A DNA stretch of 64,000 nt. It comes from Planctomycetota bacterium (GTDB lineage: Bacteria > Planctomycetota > UBA1135 > UBA2386). The position numbers and the translations under genes are program-made. Positions 1-8,262 of the stretch are shown in pieces. Location: the NCBI GenBank assembly GCA_965223545.1, contig OZ245006.1, forward strand, positions 1,216,001 to 1,280,000. Reading direction: 5' to 3'. Numbering within the stretch: the stretch's first letter is position 1; each line of letters starts with the position of its first letter. The notes beneath the pieces were generated by a model, which worked only from the letters and a program-made list of their open reading frames with translations, was not told the DNA's origin and ran no database searches.

Positions 1-1991
1 GTCCACTTTGCGAGCGGATTGCCGTGCACATCGCGCACGGTGCCGGTGATCCGACCGCCGGTCATCGATGGGTACCAGGCCTGCGCCGCCCCTCCTTCGA
101 GGTCGAACTTCGCGCCGGCGACGGCTCGGCCATCGACGCGCAGGCGAGCCTCGATGCGCCCCGGCGGTAGGCCGCCGAGGCGGAAGCCGCCGTCGTCACC
201 GAGCCGCACGCTCGACCCCCACCACACGGGCGCGAGGGTGTCCCCGTCGAGCATTGGGTCGCGCGGCGACGCCCCCGACGCGATCGCTACGACGCGGGCG
301 TCGGTGACCCCGCCGCCAAGCGCGGCGCGGCCGTGGAGACTACTGCCGGCGTGGAGGCGGATCGCGATGGTCGCGGTCGCACCTGGCGCCGGCGTGTCGA
401 CGTGACCCGTCCACGGGGCGAAGCCGGGCGCGCGCGCCCAGAGCACGACGCGGCTCGATGCCGGCGCGCTGTCGCACGCGAAGCGGCCATCGGCGGCCGC
501 GCGCAGCACGCGCGGCACCCGCAGTGCCAAGCGCTCCACGCTCTCCGCGGCGACGCGAAACCCGGCGTCGATCTGCAGCACGGCGCCCGCGATGGCGCGG
601 CCGGCGACATCGGTGACGCGGCCGCGGATCGTGGTCGCCGGCCGACCGATGCGCAGGTCCAACCGTTGTTCGCGCAGGTCGGACACCAGGCGCGGTGGAC
701 CCGGCCGGCGGCCACCGGCGACCGCGCACAGGGCTCGCCCCGGCTCGACATCGCGCAGCGCGAAGCGCCCGTCCGCATCGGTGCGCGCGACCTCGAGGCC
801 GCGGTCGAAGCGACCGCGCTCGGAGAGCCAGATCGAAACCGGACCGTCGGCTCCGGCGACCCGGCCGGAGACCGTGTTGCCCACCGGCAGCTGCAGCCGG
901 AGTGCGCGCCACTGGCCCGCGACCAGAGCCACCTCGTGATCCCCCGCCCGGTCGACGCGCAGCGACCAGCGCCCCGGCAGCAGCTCGTCGAGCTCCAGAC
1001 GTCCGTCCGCAGTGGTTCGCTCCCAGCGGTGGTGCAGGTGTGGATTAGCGACCTCGAGCGGCAGCAGGCGCAGCCAAACTCCCGCCGCCCCGACGCCGTC
1101 CGCCCACCGCACTTCGACCGCCAAGCCGGCACGATCGCGTGGCAGTGCCCGCCGCTCCTCGCCCACCGCCCCGACCCCGCGCCGAGGCTGGGCCGGGGCG
1201 CGCTGCGCGGACGCAGAAGCCGTCGATGCGCGCGCGGCGAGCAGCGGCTCGGCGGCGTTCTCGCCATCGTCCCCTCCGAGTCCCGCTGCAATCGCGAGGA
1301 ACGCGATCGCGGAAGCCGCCAACCCGAGACCGACATCGTTCCGCCAACGACCGCCGAGCAACCGCGGTCGCGCGGACCGCGCGGTGTCGACCACGGCCGC
1401 GCGCACCTCGGCCAAGCTGCGCTCGGCGACCACCAAGCCGGCGAGGGACGCGGCGAGTCCCGCTGGCAGGGCCCGCCGCAGCTGCGCCAAGCCCCGCCGC
1501 AACCACGTCTTCACCGTCCCCGGCGGCCGGCCGAGCGCGTGCGCGATCTCGCGAATCGCGAGACCGTGCACCAAGCGCAGCAGCACGACCTGCCGGTGCT
1601 GTTCGCTCAGCGTCTGCACCGCGTCGCGAAACAGCGCGCTGAACTCGGTCATCTCGGCGGCGCTCGGCGGTGCCACCGGATTCCGCACCGGCAGCCGGGT
1701 GGCGTCGACGTCCCGCCGGGCGCGCCGGTGTTCGCGACGGGCCTCGTTGGCCAGGATCGCGAACAGCCACGGCCGCACCGGCCGCGACGGGTCGTAGCTC
1801 TGCGCCGCGCCGATGGCGGCGACGAAGGTGGCCTGCACCAGATCCTCGGCGGTGGCCGCGTCGCTACCGAAGTGGTGCGCGAGCAGCAACAGCTCGGGCG
1901 CGACGAGGTCGAACACCGTCGCCAAGGCGCTGCCATCGCCAGTTCGGCGATAGGCGGCGAAGGCGGCGTCGGCGCGATCTGTGAGCTGCAT
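1..1991 (-). CDS. ECF sigma factor fused to a transmembrane helix and carboxypeptidase-regulatory-like (Ig-like) repeats; 3' end runs off the window
   Basis: Absent from the ORF track because no stop lies in the window. Segments translated by hand from ATG 1991: MQLTDRADAAFAAYRRTGDGSALATVFDLVAPELL...AEDLVQATF...VRPWLFAILANEAR (sigma2); LSEQHRQVVLLRLVHGLAIREIAHALGRPPGTVKTWLRRG (sigma4); VGLGLAASAIAFLAIAAG (TM). ITGTVRDVHGNPLAKW at the window edge is in the same frame. Confidence 0.88.
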   Translation of the reverse strand, partial: MQLTDRADAAFAAYRRTGDGSALATVFDLVAPELLLLAHHFGSDAATAEDLVQATFVAAIGAAQSYDPSRPVRPWLFAILANEARREHRRARRDVDATRLPVRNPVAPPSAAEMTEFSALFRDAVQTLSEQHRQVVLLRLVHGLAIREIAHALGRPPGTVKTWLRRGLAQLRRALPAGLAASLAGLVVAERSLAEVRAAVVDTARSARPRLLGGRWRNDVGLGLAASAIAFLAIAAGLGGDDGENAAEPLLAARASTASASAQRAPAQPRRGVGAVGEERRALPRDRAGLAVEVRWADGVGAAGVWLRLLPLEVANPHLHHRWERTTADGRLELDELLPGRWSLRVDRAGDHEVALVAGQWRALRLQLPVGNTVSGRVAGADGPVSIWLSERGRFDRGLEVARTDADGRFALRDVEPGRALCAVAGGRRPGPPRLVSDLREQRLDLRIGRPATTIRGRVTDVAGRAIAGAVLQIDAGFRVAAESVERLALRVPRVLRAAADGRFACDSAPASSRVVLWARAPGFAPWTGHVDTPAPGATATIAIRLHAGSSLHGRAALGGGVTDARVVAIASGASPRDPMLDGDTLAPVWWGSSVRLGDDGGFRLGGLPPGRIEARLRVDGRAVAGAKFDLEGGAAQAWYPSMTGGRITGTVRDVHGNPLAKW

Positions 1992-1994
1992 ATT

Positions 1995-2028
1995 CTTCCC
2001 GAAGGCGGCGATGGCGAAGGTCGGTCAC
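1995..2028 (-). promoter_or_regulatory. Putative autoregulatory ECF promoter motif GTGAC-N23-GGGAAG
   Basis: Minus strand reads GTGACcgaccttcgccatcgccgccttcGGGAAG and ends 3 nt before the sigma ATG. The same bipartite motif occurs on the + strand at 2078-2111. Confidence 0.5.
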
Positions 2029-2077
2029 CCGATCTATGGACGAGCGCGCCCGCGGGAGTCGGGAGTTTGCTTTTTTT

Positions 2078-2111
2078 GTGACGACAGCCGGCGAAGAGGC
2101 ACCAGGGGAAG
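2078..2111 (+). promoter_or_regulatory. Putative ECF target promoter motif GTGAC-N23-GGGAAG upstream of the FG-GAP gene
   Basis: GTGACgacagccggcgaagaggcaccagGGGAAG, preceded by a T7 run, with the same spacing as the copy facing the sigma gene. Confidence 0.5.
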
Positions 2112-2197
2112 TGGCCCGCCACCCGGTGCCCGCGCTGTGCAACAATTGGCATGCCGTCCAAACCAATGGCCGAACCGATTCCCTCAGGGCGCCACAG

Positions 2198-4828
2198 ATG
2201 ATCCGTCGCATTCACCCTCGGAGCCCGCAGGGGTCGCTGCGCCCGCATCTGGTTGCCGTTGCCGCCGCCCTCGGTGTCGGCGGTCCACTCTCGTCGCAGG
2301 AGTTGATGTCCGCGCTGCCGACGGCCCGCTTGCCGGCGAGCGGCTTCGACAGCCGCGGAATCGCGATGCGCGACGTCGACGGTGACGGGGATGTGGACGT
2401 CCTGTTCAGCACCTCGCGCCGCGGGATGCGGCTACTGCGCAACGTCGGCGCCAGCGGGCACTTTCGCGACGACTCGGCGCTCGCGTTCGCGACGGTGAGC
2501 ACGGCCGCGGGGAGCCGGCTGGCGGTGGACGATCTCGACGGCGACGGAGATGCCGATCTGCTCCGCCCGTGCTACGGCACCCAGGACGAGCTCTACCTCA
2601 ACGACGGCACCGGCACCTTTAGCGCGGCGACCGCTACCGGCCTACCCCCCGACGCCGCCTACTCGCTGGGCATCGCGCTGGGTGACGTCGACGCCGACGG
2701 CGACCTCGACGTCGCCCTCGCCAGCGACTCGGTGATCGGCTCGACGGCGGCGGTCCGGCTGTACTTGAACAGCGGCAACGCCTCGTTCACCGACGTCTCG
2801 CAGGCCCGCCTGCCGGCGCAGCGCGGCGTGGGCCGCGACGTCCGGTTCCTCGACGCCGAGGGGGACGGCGATCTCGACCTGGTCACCGCCGACCCACTCC
2901 AGCTGTGGATCAACGACGGTAGCGGCAGCTTCATGGAGAAGGCGGCTGCGCTGCCCTCGGCAGGTCCGTTCGTACGACTCGCGGTGGGTGACCTGGACGG
3001 CGACGGAGACGAGGACTTGATCGCCGACGACTCGTCCATCGGCGTGGCCCTCGACAACGACGGTGCGGCGACATTCTCCGCGCGCTCGCTGCCGCCGGTG
3101 TTCGGCTACGGCGATTTTGGCGAGACCCGACTCGTGGACGCAGACGGGGACGGCGACCTCGACGTGCTGTACGCGCGCGGCAGTCAGTACACGCCGGGGT
3201 CGCGCGACCGGTTCCTGCGCAACGATGGCAATTGGCAGTTCGTCGACGTCAGCGCGACCGCGCTCCCCCCGCGTGACGGGGTCACCTACGCCGTCGCCGT
3301 CGGTGACGCCGATGGCGACGGCGATGCCGACGTCGTCGTCGGCGGCGTCGCGCGCGACGAGCTGTGGCTCAACGACGGCGCCGGGGTGTTTGCCATGGCG
3401 ACAGGCGGTCGGCTGCCGCCCCCCATGCAAGCGACTGCGCAGACCGCGACGGCCGCTGACCTCGACGGCGACGGTGACCGGGATCTGCTCGTCGCGGGGC
3501 TGTACTTGGAGCCGCAGCTCTGGCTCGGCGATGGCACCGGCCAGTGGAGCGGCGATCCCGCGGCGCGCCTGCCGAGCCTGCGGCAGGTTTTGACGCGGCA
3601 GGCGCGCTCCTTCGACGCCAACGGCGATGGCGCACCGGAGCTGGTTCTGGCCGCCTCTGGCCAGAACCAGCTCTTGCTGAACGACGGCACCGGGCGCTTC
3701 AGCCGCGTCACCAGCATCGCCATGCCGCTCGACAACGATGATTCGTACGACATCGTGCCCGTCGACGTCGACGCGGATGGCGACCTCGATCTGGTGGTCG
3801 CCAACCGCGACCAGAACCGCCTCTACCTGAACTCCGGCGCGGGCTCGTTCACCGACGCCACGGCCGGCCGCCTGCCGGTCAGCTCCGCCACGACCGCCGC
3901 CGTTGCCACCGGGGATGTCGACGCCGACGGCGACGTCGACTTGCTGCTGGCGCACCGCGGCACGGCCAACCAGCTGCTGCTCAACGACGGCCAGGGCTCG
4001 TTCTCCCCAGCGCCGACCTTCCCTGGGTCGAGGCCGAGCGCGGGGGCGTGGTTGGCGGACGTGGATGGCGACGGCGATCTCGACGCGCTGGTGCGCGACA
4101 CGAACGCGATGCGTGTGCTGATCAATGATGGTCTCGGTGGCTTCACCGACGCCACCACGGGCCGGTTTCCCCCACCACCGGCACAGACCACCGTCAGCGC
4201 GGCGGCACCGGCCGACATCGATTCGGACGGCGACATCGACGTCTTGGTCGGCCACCGGCTGACCTCGCCGGGAGCGGTCGACCTCGTGCGGCTCTATCTC
4301 AACGACGGCGGCGGGACCTTCGTCGACGTGACCGGCACGCGATCTCCATCGAATGTCCTCGGCCATGTCAGCGGGGTCCCGATCTTCCCACTCGACATCG
4401 TGCTCGAGGACTTCGACTCCGACCGGGATCCCGACGCGTTGTTGCTGACGTCGACCGCGCCCGTGGTGCTGTTCAACTTGACGCGGCACCTGGACGCGGT
4501 GTGCTGCGCGACGACGGCGGGCGCACTGCGCCTCGACCTGTACGCCCGCTGTTGCCCAGGCACCTCGAGCCTGGGCGCAGTGGCGATCTCCGCCGGCATC
4601 GCCAGGACCACAGTGCCCGGCATCGGCGAACTTCTGCTGCAGCCAGCGTCGATCATCGGCCTGCCCGTGATCCCTATTCCCGGTGCGACTGGACTTGCGC
4701 AAGGGACATTGGCGATCCCGAACGTGCCAAGCCTGGTGGGTGGTGCGTTCGCTAGCCAGGCAATCGTCGTCGGACCGGGCGCGGCGCTGGGATTCACCAA
4801 CGCGCGCTTCGACGTCGTTGTCCGATGA
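2198..4828 (+). CDS. Secreted FG-GAP/VCBS repeat (integrin-like beta-propeller) protein with a C-terminal beta-rich domain
   Basis: About 14 DxDGDGDxD...LxLNDGxGxF repeats and a signal-like N-terminus LVAVAAALGVGGPLSS|Q. Start placed at ATG 2198 within ORF 2036-4828. Confidence 0.9.
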   Translation: MIRRIHPRSPQGSLRPHLVAVAAALGVGGPLSSQELMSALPTARLPASGFDSRGIAMRDVDGDGDVDVLFSTSRRGMRLLRNVGASGHFRDDSALAFATVSTAAGSRLAVDDLDGDGDADLLRPCYGTQDELYLNDGTGTFSAATATGLPPDAAYSLGIALGDVDADGDLDVALASDSVIGSTAAVRLYLNSGNASFTDVSQARLPAQRGVGRDVRFLDAEGDGDLDLVTADPLQLWINDGSGSFMEKAAALPSAGPFVRLAVGDLDGDGDEDLIADDSSIGVALDNDGAATFSARSLPPVFGYGDFGETRLVDADGDGDLDVLYARGSQYTPGSRDRFLRNDGNWQFVDVSATALPPRDGVTYAVAVGDADGDGDADVVVGGVARDELWLNDGAGVFAMATGGRLPPPMQATAQTATAADLDGDGDRDLLVAGLYLEPQLWLGDGTGQWSGDPAARLPSLRQVLTRQARSFDANGDGAPELVLAASGQNQLLLNDGTGRFSRVTSIAMPLDNDDSYDIVPVDVDADGDLDLVVANRDQNRLYLNSGAGSFTDATAGRLPVSSATTAAVATGDVDADGDVDLLLAHRGTANQLLLNDGQGSFSPAPTFPGSRPSAGAWLADVDGDGDLDALVRDTNAMRVLINDGLGGFTDATTGRFPPPPAQTTVSAAAPADIDSDGDIDVLVGHRLTSPGAVDLVRLYLNDGGGTFVDVTGTRSPSNVLGHVSGVPIFPLDIVLEDFDSDRDPDALLLTSTAPVVLFNLTRHLDAVCCATTAGALRLDLYARCCPGTSSLGAVAISAGIARTTVPGIGELLLQPASIIGLPVIPIPGATGLAQGTLAIPNVPSLVGGAFASQAIVVGPGAALGFTNARFDVVVR

Positions 4829-4879
4829 TCCGCGTGGGCATGCCCACAGAAAAGCCAGTGCAGCAACGGTGGGCCGTGG

Positions 4880-6100
4880 CTACAGCAGCGAGCGCGTCTC
4901 CACGACCGTGGTCCAGACCTCGTCGCCGCGCGCGACCTCGACTTCAATGCTCTGTCCGACTCTACAGAACAGCGCTCTCGCCTCTGCCAGACTGTGTCGG
5001 CTCGCATCGACACCGGCAATGCGTCGCAGCACGTCGCCGGCGCGCAGGCCGGCATCGGCCGCAGGCGTCCCAGGGCTGACGAAGAACACTCGGCGCTCGC
5101 CGGCATCGTCGACCCCGGCGACGAGGAACAGCCCACTGGCGTCGACAACCTGCTCTCGATCGAACAGCTCGTTGGGCTTCAACAGCAGACGATCCCGCGC
5201 GTAGTCGAAGACGACGTCGAAGCGGTGTAGGACCTCGCCGCCGAACAGGTTCAGGCGCGCGCCGGTCAATCCGGTACCGAAGGTCACTGTCGGTCGCGGG
5301 ATGGAGAAGGGCCCGATCCGCAGACGGTGCAGGCGAGTGACGAACCGCCGGTGGGCGGTTTCCTCCGGCGAATCCGCCAGCCCGGTGCTGCCCATCACCG
5401 CAACGCGCGGCGCGTCGGCCCCGACCAGTGCCTCGATGGCATCCGCGTCGTGCAATCCGCAGCTGTTGCCGACCCCTCCACCACTGTCGACCAGCATCCG
5501 GACCGACCGGGTCTCGCTCTCCGAAGCGAGCGAGACCTCGGCGAAGGGTAGGTTGCCCCTCCCGGGATTGAACGACACAGCGACTGCGGCACCTCGATCG
5601 CTCCCGTCGAAGCGATCGGGATCGTGGAGCACCATCCGCTCGGCGACGTAGTCGATCTCGCACGTGTAGCGACTGAGGAATGCATGCCCGAGGATGCCGT
5701 GCACGGTCCGTCCGGTCATCCGCCGCGCCAAACCCTCGCACGACGCGACCAGGACCCGTTCGTATTCGGCGGTGACCCCTCCCACGTCGATGGCGACGTC
5801 GCTGGCGAAGCGCATGGTGAACTGACCGCCCTGCGAGGTGCGACCGCCTTTGCGCACCGGCCCCATCTCCAGCCCAAGGCGATCCGCGACGCGACTCTCG
5901 AGCACGACGCCAGACGCCCCTGAATCCAGCAACAGCGTCACTGGCTCTCCTTGGATCTTGGCTTCGACCAAGATCAAGTTCATGTGGCGCTCGACGACCA
6001 CATTGGCGATCTCCGAGCCACCTTGGCTGGCCAGTCGATCGACGAGAGGGACGGCGGCGAGAACTACGGCCAACGGCCGGGCAAAGGGGTGAGTGTTCAT
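4880..6100 (-). CDS. Secreted tandem retropepsin-like aspartyl protease with C-terminal PDZ domain
   Basis: Two D[ST]G motifs (LLLDSGAS, MLVDSGGG), GILGHAFL and LFGGEVL motifs, PDZ signature VSPGTPAADAGLRAGDVLRRI, N-terminal signal peptide. Confidence 0.88.
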   Translation of the reverse strand: MNTHPFARPLAVVLAAVPLVDRLASQGGSEIANVVVERHMNLILVEAKIQGEPVTLLLDSGASGVVLESRVADRLGLEMGPVRKGGRTSQGGQFTMRFASDVAIDVGGVTAEYERVLVASCEGLARRMTGRTVHGILGHAFLSRYTCEIDYVAERMVLHDPDRFDGSDRGAAVAVSFNPGRGNLPFAEVSLASESETRSVRMLVDSGGGVGNSCGLHDADAIEALVGADAPRVAVMGSTGLADSPEETAHRRFVTRLHRLRIGPFSIPRPTVTFGTGLTGARLNLFGGEVLHRFDVVFDYARDRLLLKPNELFDREQVVDASGLFLVAGVDDAGERRVFFVSPGTPAADAGLRAGDVLRRIAGVDASRHSLAEARALFCRVGQSIEVEVARGDEVWTTVVETRSLL

Positions 6101-6140
6101 GGTGATTTTCGGGCCGGCCAGAGGCCACGCCCAGCGGGAT

Positions 6141-6167
6141 GTTGCCGCGACATCACGATCGGACTCG
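6141..6167 (-). promoter_or_regulatory. Putative ECF promoter, copy A (upstream of the PDZ aspartyl protease)
   Basis: Minus strand cGAGTCCGatcgtgatgtcGCGGCAAC; matches the copies at 6212-6238 and 10505-10531 with identical spacing. Confidence 0.65.
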
Positions 6168-6211
6168 ATCCTCTGCCGATCCCGGTCGGGTCAGCCCGTA
6201 CCGGCTGCGGA

Positions 6212-6238
6212 TGAGACCCTTTCCGACCGCGCGGCAAC
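6212..6238 (+). promoter_or_regulatory. Putative ECF promoter, copy B (upstream of the thioredoxin/TPR/TolB protein)
   Basis: tGAGACCCtttccgaccgcGCGGCAAC; 18/27 identical and ungapped against the copy upstream of the sigma gene. Confidence 0.65.
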
Positions 6239-6265
6239 GAAATCGGCAGACCACTGCCAAGAGCC

Positions 6266-8221
6266 ATGATCGGAATCGCCAAGATCCCCCCGCTGTCGTG
6301 CGCAGCCATTGCTTTCCTCGCCGCCCCCCCGTCGATACCGACCGAGATCGACTGGTACCACGGCAGCTTCGACAGTGCCGTGACCCGGGCGCAAGACGAA
6401 GACAAGGACCTCCTGCTCTACTTCTGGTCGGAGCGCAGCGACGCATGCGCCGGCTTCTACCAGGGTCCGCTGCAGGATGCGCGCGTGGCCGCCGCGACGC
6501 GGCCGTTCTTGTGCGTGGGCGTGCAGCTCGAGCCCGAGTCCGGAAAGGCGCTCTTCAACCGATACGCGATCACCACGACGCCGGCTCTTCTGCTGGTCGA
6601 CCCCGCCGACCAGCGCGCGCAAGGTGGAGTCTTCGGCTCCGCCAACGTGCCGACCGTTGTCCGCGAGCTACGGCGCATGGCGGACGACGAGGGAACGCTG
6701 CGCGCCCTCGAACGCGCCACGGCAGCAGACCCCGGCGACCTCGACGTGCGCAGCCGCCTCGCCGACTGCGTCGCCGCCTTGGGTCAAGCCGAGAAGGCAC
6801 GTCATCTGCGGGAGAGCATCACGGCCGACGACCCTGATGGGTCGAGCGACGCGGCCGCATCGATGCTTCTCGAGCAACACATGCGGCGGACGTTCGGTTC
6901 ACTGGCGGAGCTGAGCGCGGATCCGATCCGCGACTTGGTCGAGCACGTCCAGGCGATCAAGCCCCCGGCGACGCGGCAGCGGGGCTGGGACCACGTCGCT
7001 CGCCTGCGCAATGCGATCGGCGACCGGGTCGGAGAGATGGCCGCGTGGCGGCAGGCTTTCCCCTTGGTGCGTGATGGCCGCCTGTTCAACTGGGGTTGGA
7101 ACCAGTGCCTGTGGTGGTGGTCCAACCGCGACGTCCTCACCAAGAAGGACAAGGCGTTCGCCCTCGAAGTCGCGCGCAAGACGGCCGAAGTCTCCGAGCG
7201 ACTCAGCGCCGAAGATCCGGAGTACTACGACCCCCGCCTGTTTCTCACGCGACGCCTCAACGTCCTCGCCATGACCCAGCACATGAATGGGCATCCAGGC
7301 GAGGCGATGCGCGTCATGGAGCGCTGCGTTCGACTCGCACCGGACAACGACGAATATTCTGCCCGGCTCGCGGCGTATCGAGCAGGCGCCGCCGACGAGT
7401 GCTTTCAACCGTACTCCGACTACGATCCCGCGTGGTCACCCGATGGCCGCAAGATCCTGTTCACCTCGACGCGCGACTACAACGCGGAGCTCTACGTCGC
7501 CGACGTGAAGACCGGGGCACAGCGGCGGATCACCCGGTCGTTGGCCGCGGACGACCAGGGAGTCTTCAGACCAACCGGCCGATTCCTGGCATTTCGCTCC
7601 GATCGCTTCCTGACGACTGGCATCTACCGCGCCAAGCTCGACGGCTCTGGCTGCAGCTTGTTGGTATCACTGCGCACCGCCGATGGACAAGTCGTGCCAG
7701 CCGGCATGCCGTCCTACTCGCGAGACGGTCGGCAGCTGGCGATGATCGCGATGTTCGACGGCAGATCTCGAGCAGCGCTCGCCAACGCGGCCGGAGGCTT
7801 GGCAACGCCGATTCTCGGTGCCACGCAAGCCGTCGCCACGGTCACGTGGGCCGACTCACGCTTGCTCTATTCCGCGTCACAGAACCAGCAACAAGATCTC
7901 TTCATCGCCGATGCCTCCGGGGCCGCAGCCCACAACCTTACCCCCGCAGACGATGAGTCCTGGGACGCGGAGGCCTCCGCCGACCGCCGCGGAAAGCGCG
8001 TCGTGTTCGCCCGCTGGCGCGACGGCGACTACGACCTCTGGAGCGTGCTGGTGGACGGATCGCAACTGACCCAGATCACCAGCGGCCCGGCCCGTGACCG
8101 TCGCCCCGCGCTGTCGCCCGACGGCAAGCACGTCGCGTTTGATCGGACCGACGCCTCGGGCAACAGCAGGATCTGGGTGATGCGCGTGGATGGCACCGAG
8201 TCCCGCCCCCTGCTCGATTGA
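6266..8221 (+). CDS. Thioredoxin-like (SxxC) domain, TPR-like helical region and TolB/PD40 beta-propeller
   Basis: IDWYHGSFDSAVTRAQDEDKDLLLYFWSERSDAC...YAITTTPALLLVD (thioredoxin fold); DPAWSPDGRKILFTSTRD, PSYSRDG and RPALSPDGKHVAF (PD40 repeats). Confidence 0.82.
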   Translation: MIGIAKIPPLSCAAIAFLAAPPSIPTEIDWYHGSFDSAVTRAQDEDKDLLLYFWSERSDACAGFYQGPLQDARVAAATRPFLCVGVQLEPESGKALFNRYAITTTPALLLVDPADQRAQGGVFGSANVPTVVRELRRMADDEGTLRALERATAADPGDLDVRSRLADCVAALGQAEKARHLRESITADDPDGSSDAAASMLLEQHMRRTFGSLAELSADPIRDLVEHVQAIKPPATRQRGWDHVARLRNAIGDRVGEMAAWRQAFPLVRDGRLFNWGWNQCLWWWSNRDVLTKKDKAFALEVARKTAEVSERLSAEDPEYYDPRLFLTRRLNVLAMTQHMNGHPGEAMRVMERCVRLAPDNDEYSARLAAYRAGAADECFQPYSDYDPAWSPDGRKILFTSTRDYNAELYVADVKTGAQRRITRSLAADDQGVFRPTGRFLAFRSDRFLTTGIYRAKLDGSGCSLLVSLRTADGQVVPAGMPSYSRDGRQLAMIAMFDGRSRAALANAAGGLATPILGATQAVATVTWADSRLLYSASQNQQQDLFIADASGAAAHNLTPADDESWDAEASADRRGKRVVFARWRDGDYDLWSVLVDGSQLTQITSGPARDRRPALSPDGKHVAFDRTDASGNSRIWVMRVDGTESRPLLD

Positions 8222-8262
8222 AGCCGGCGGTCGCCTACTCGACCGACTCCGCCGTGGAGACT

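Noticed and set aside
333..2081. Long + strand ORF (582 aa) and similar long shadow ORFs (2642-4702, 8218-10521, 38330-40672, 46094-48475)
   Set aside because: They are antisense or off-frame to well-supported genes, are Arg/Ala/Pro-rich without motifs, and are expected in high-GC DNA.
2370..4440. Recurring gacggcgacggcgac-like DNA repeats as a CRISPR or repeat array
   Set aside because: They are degenerate and in frame, and they encode the FG-GAP DxDGDGD motifs.
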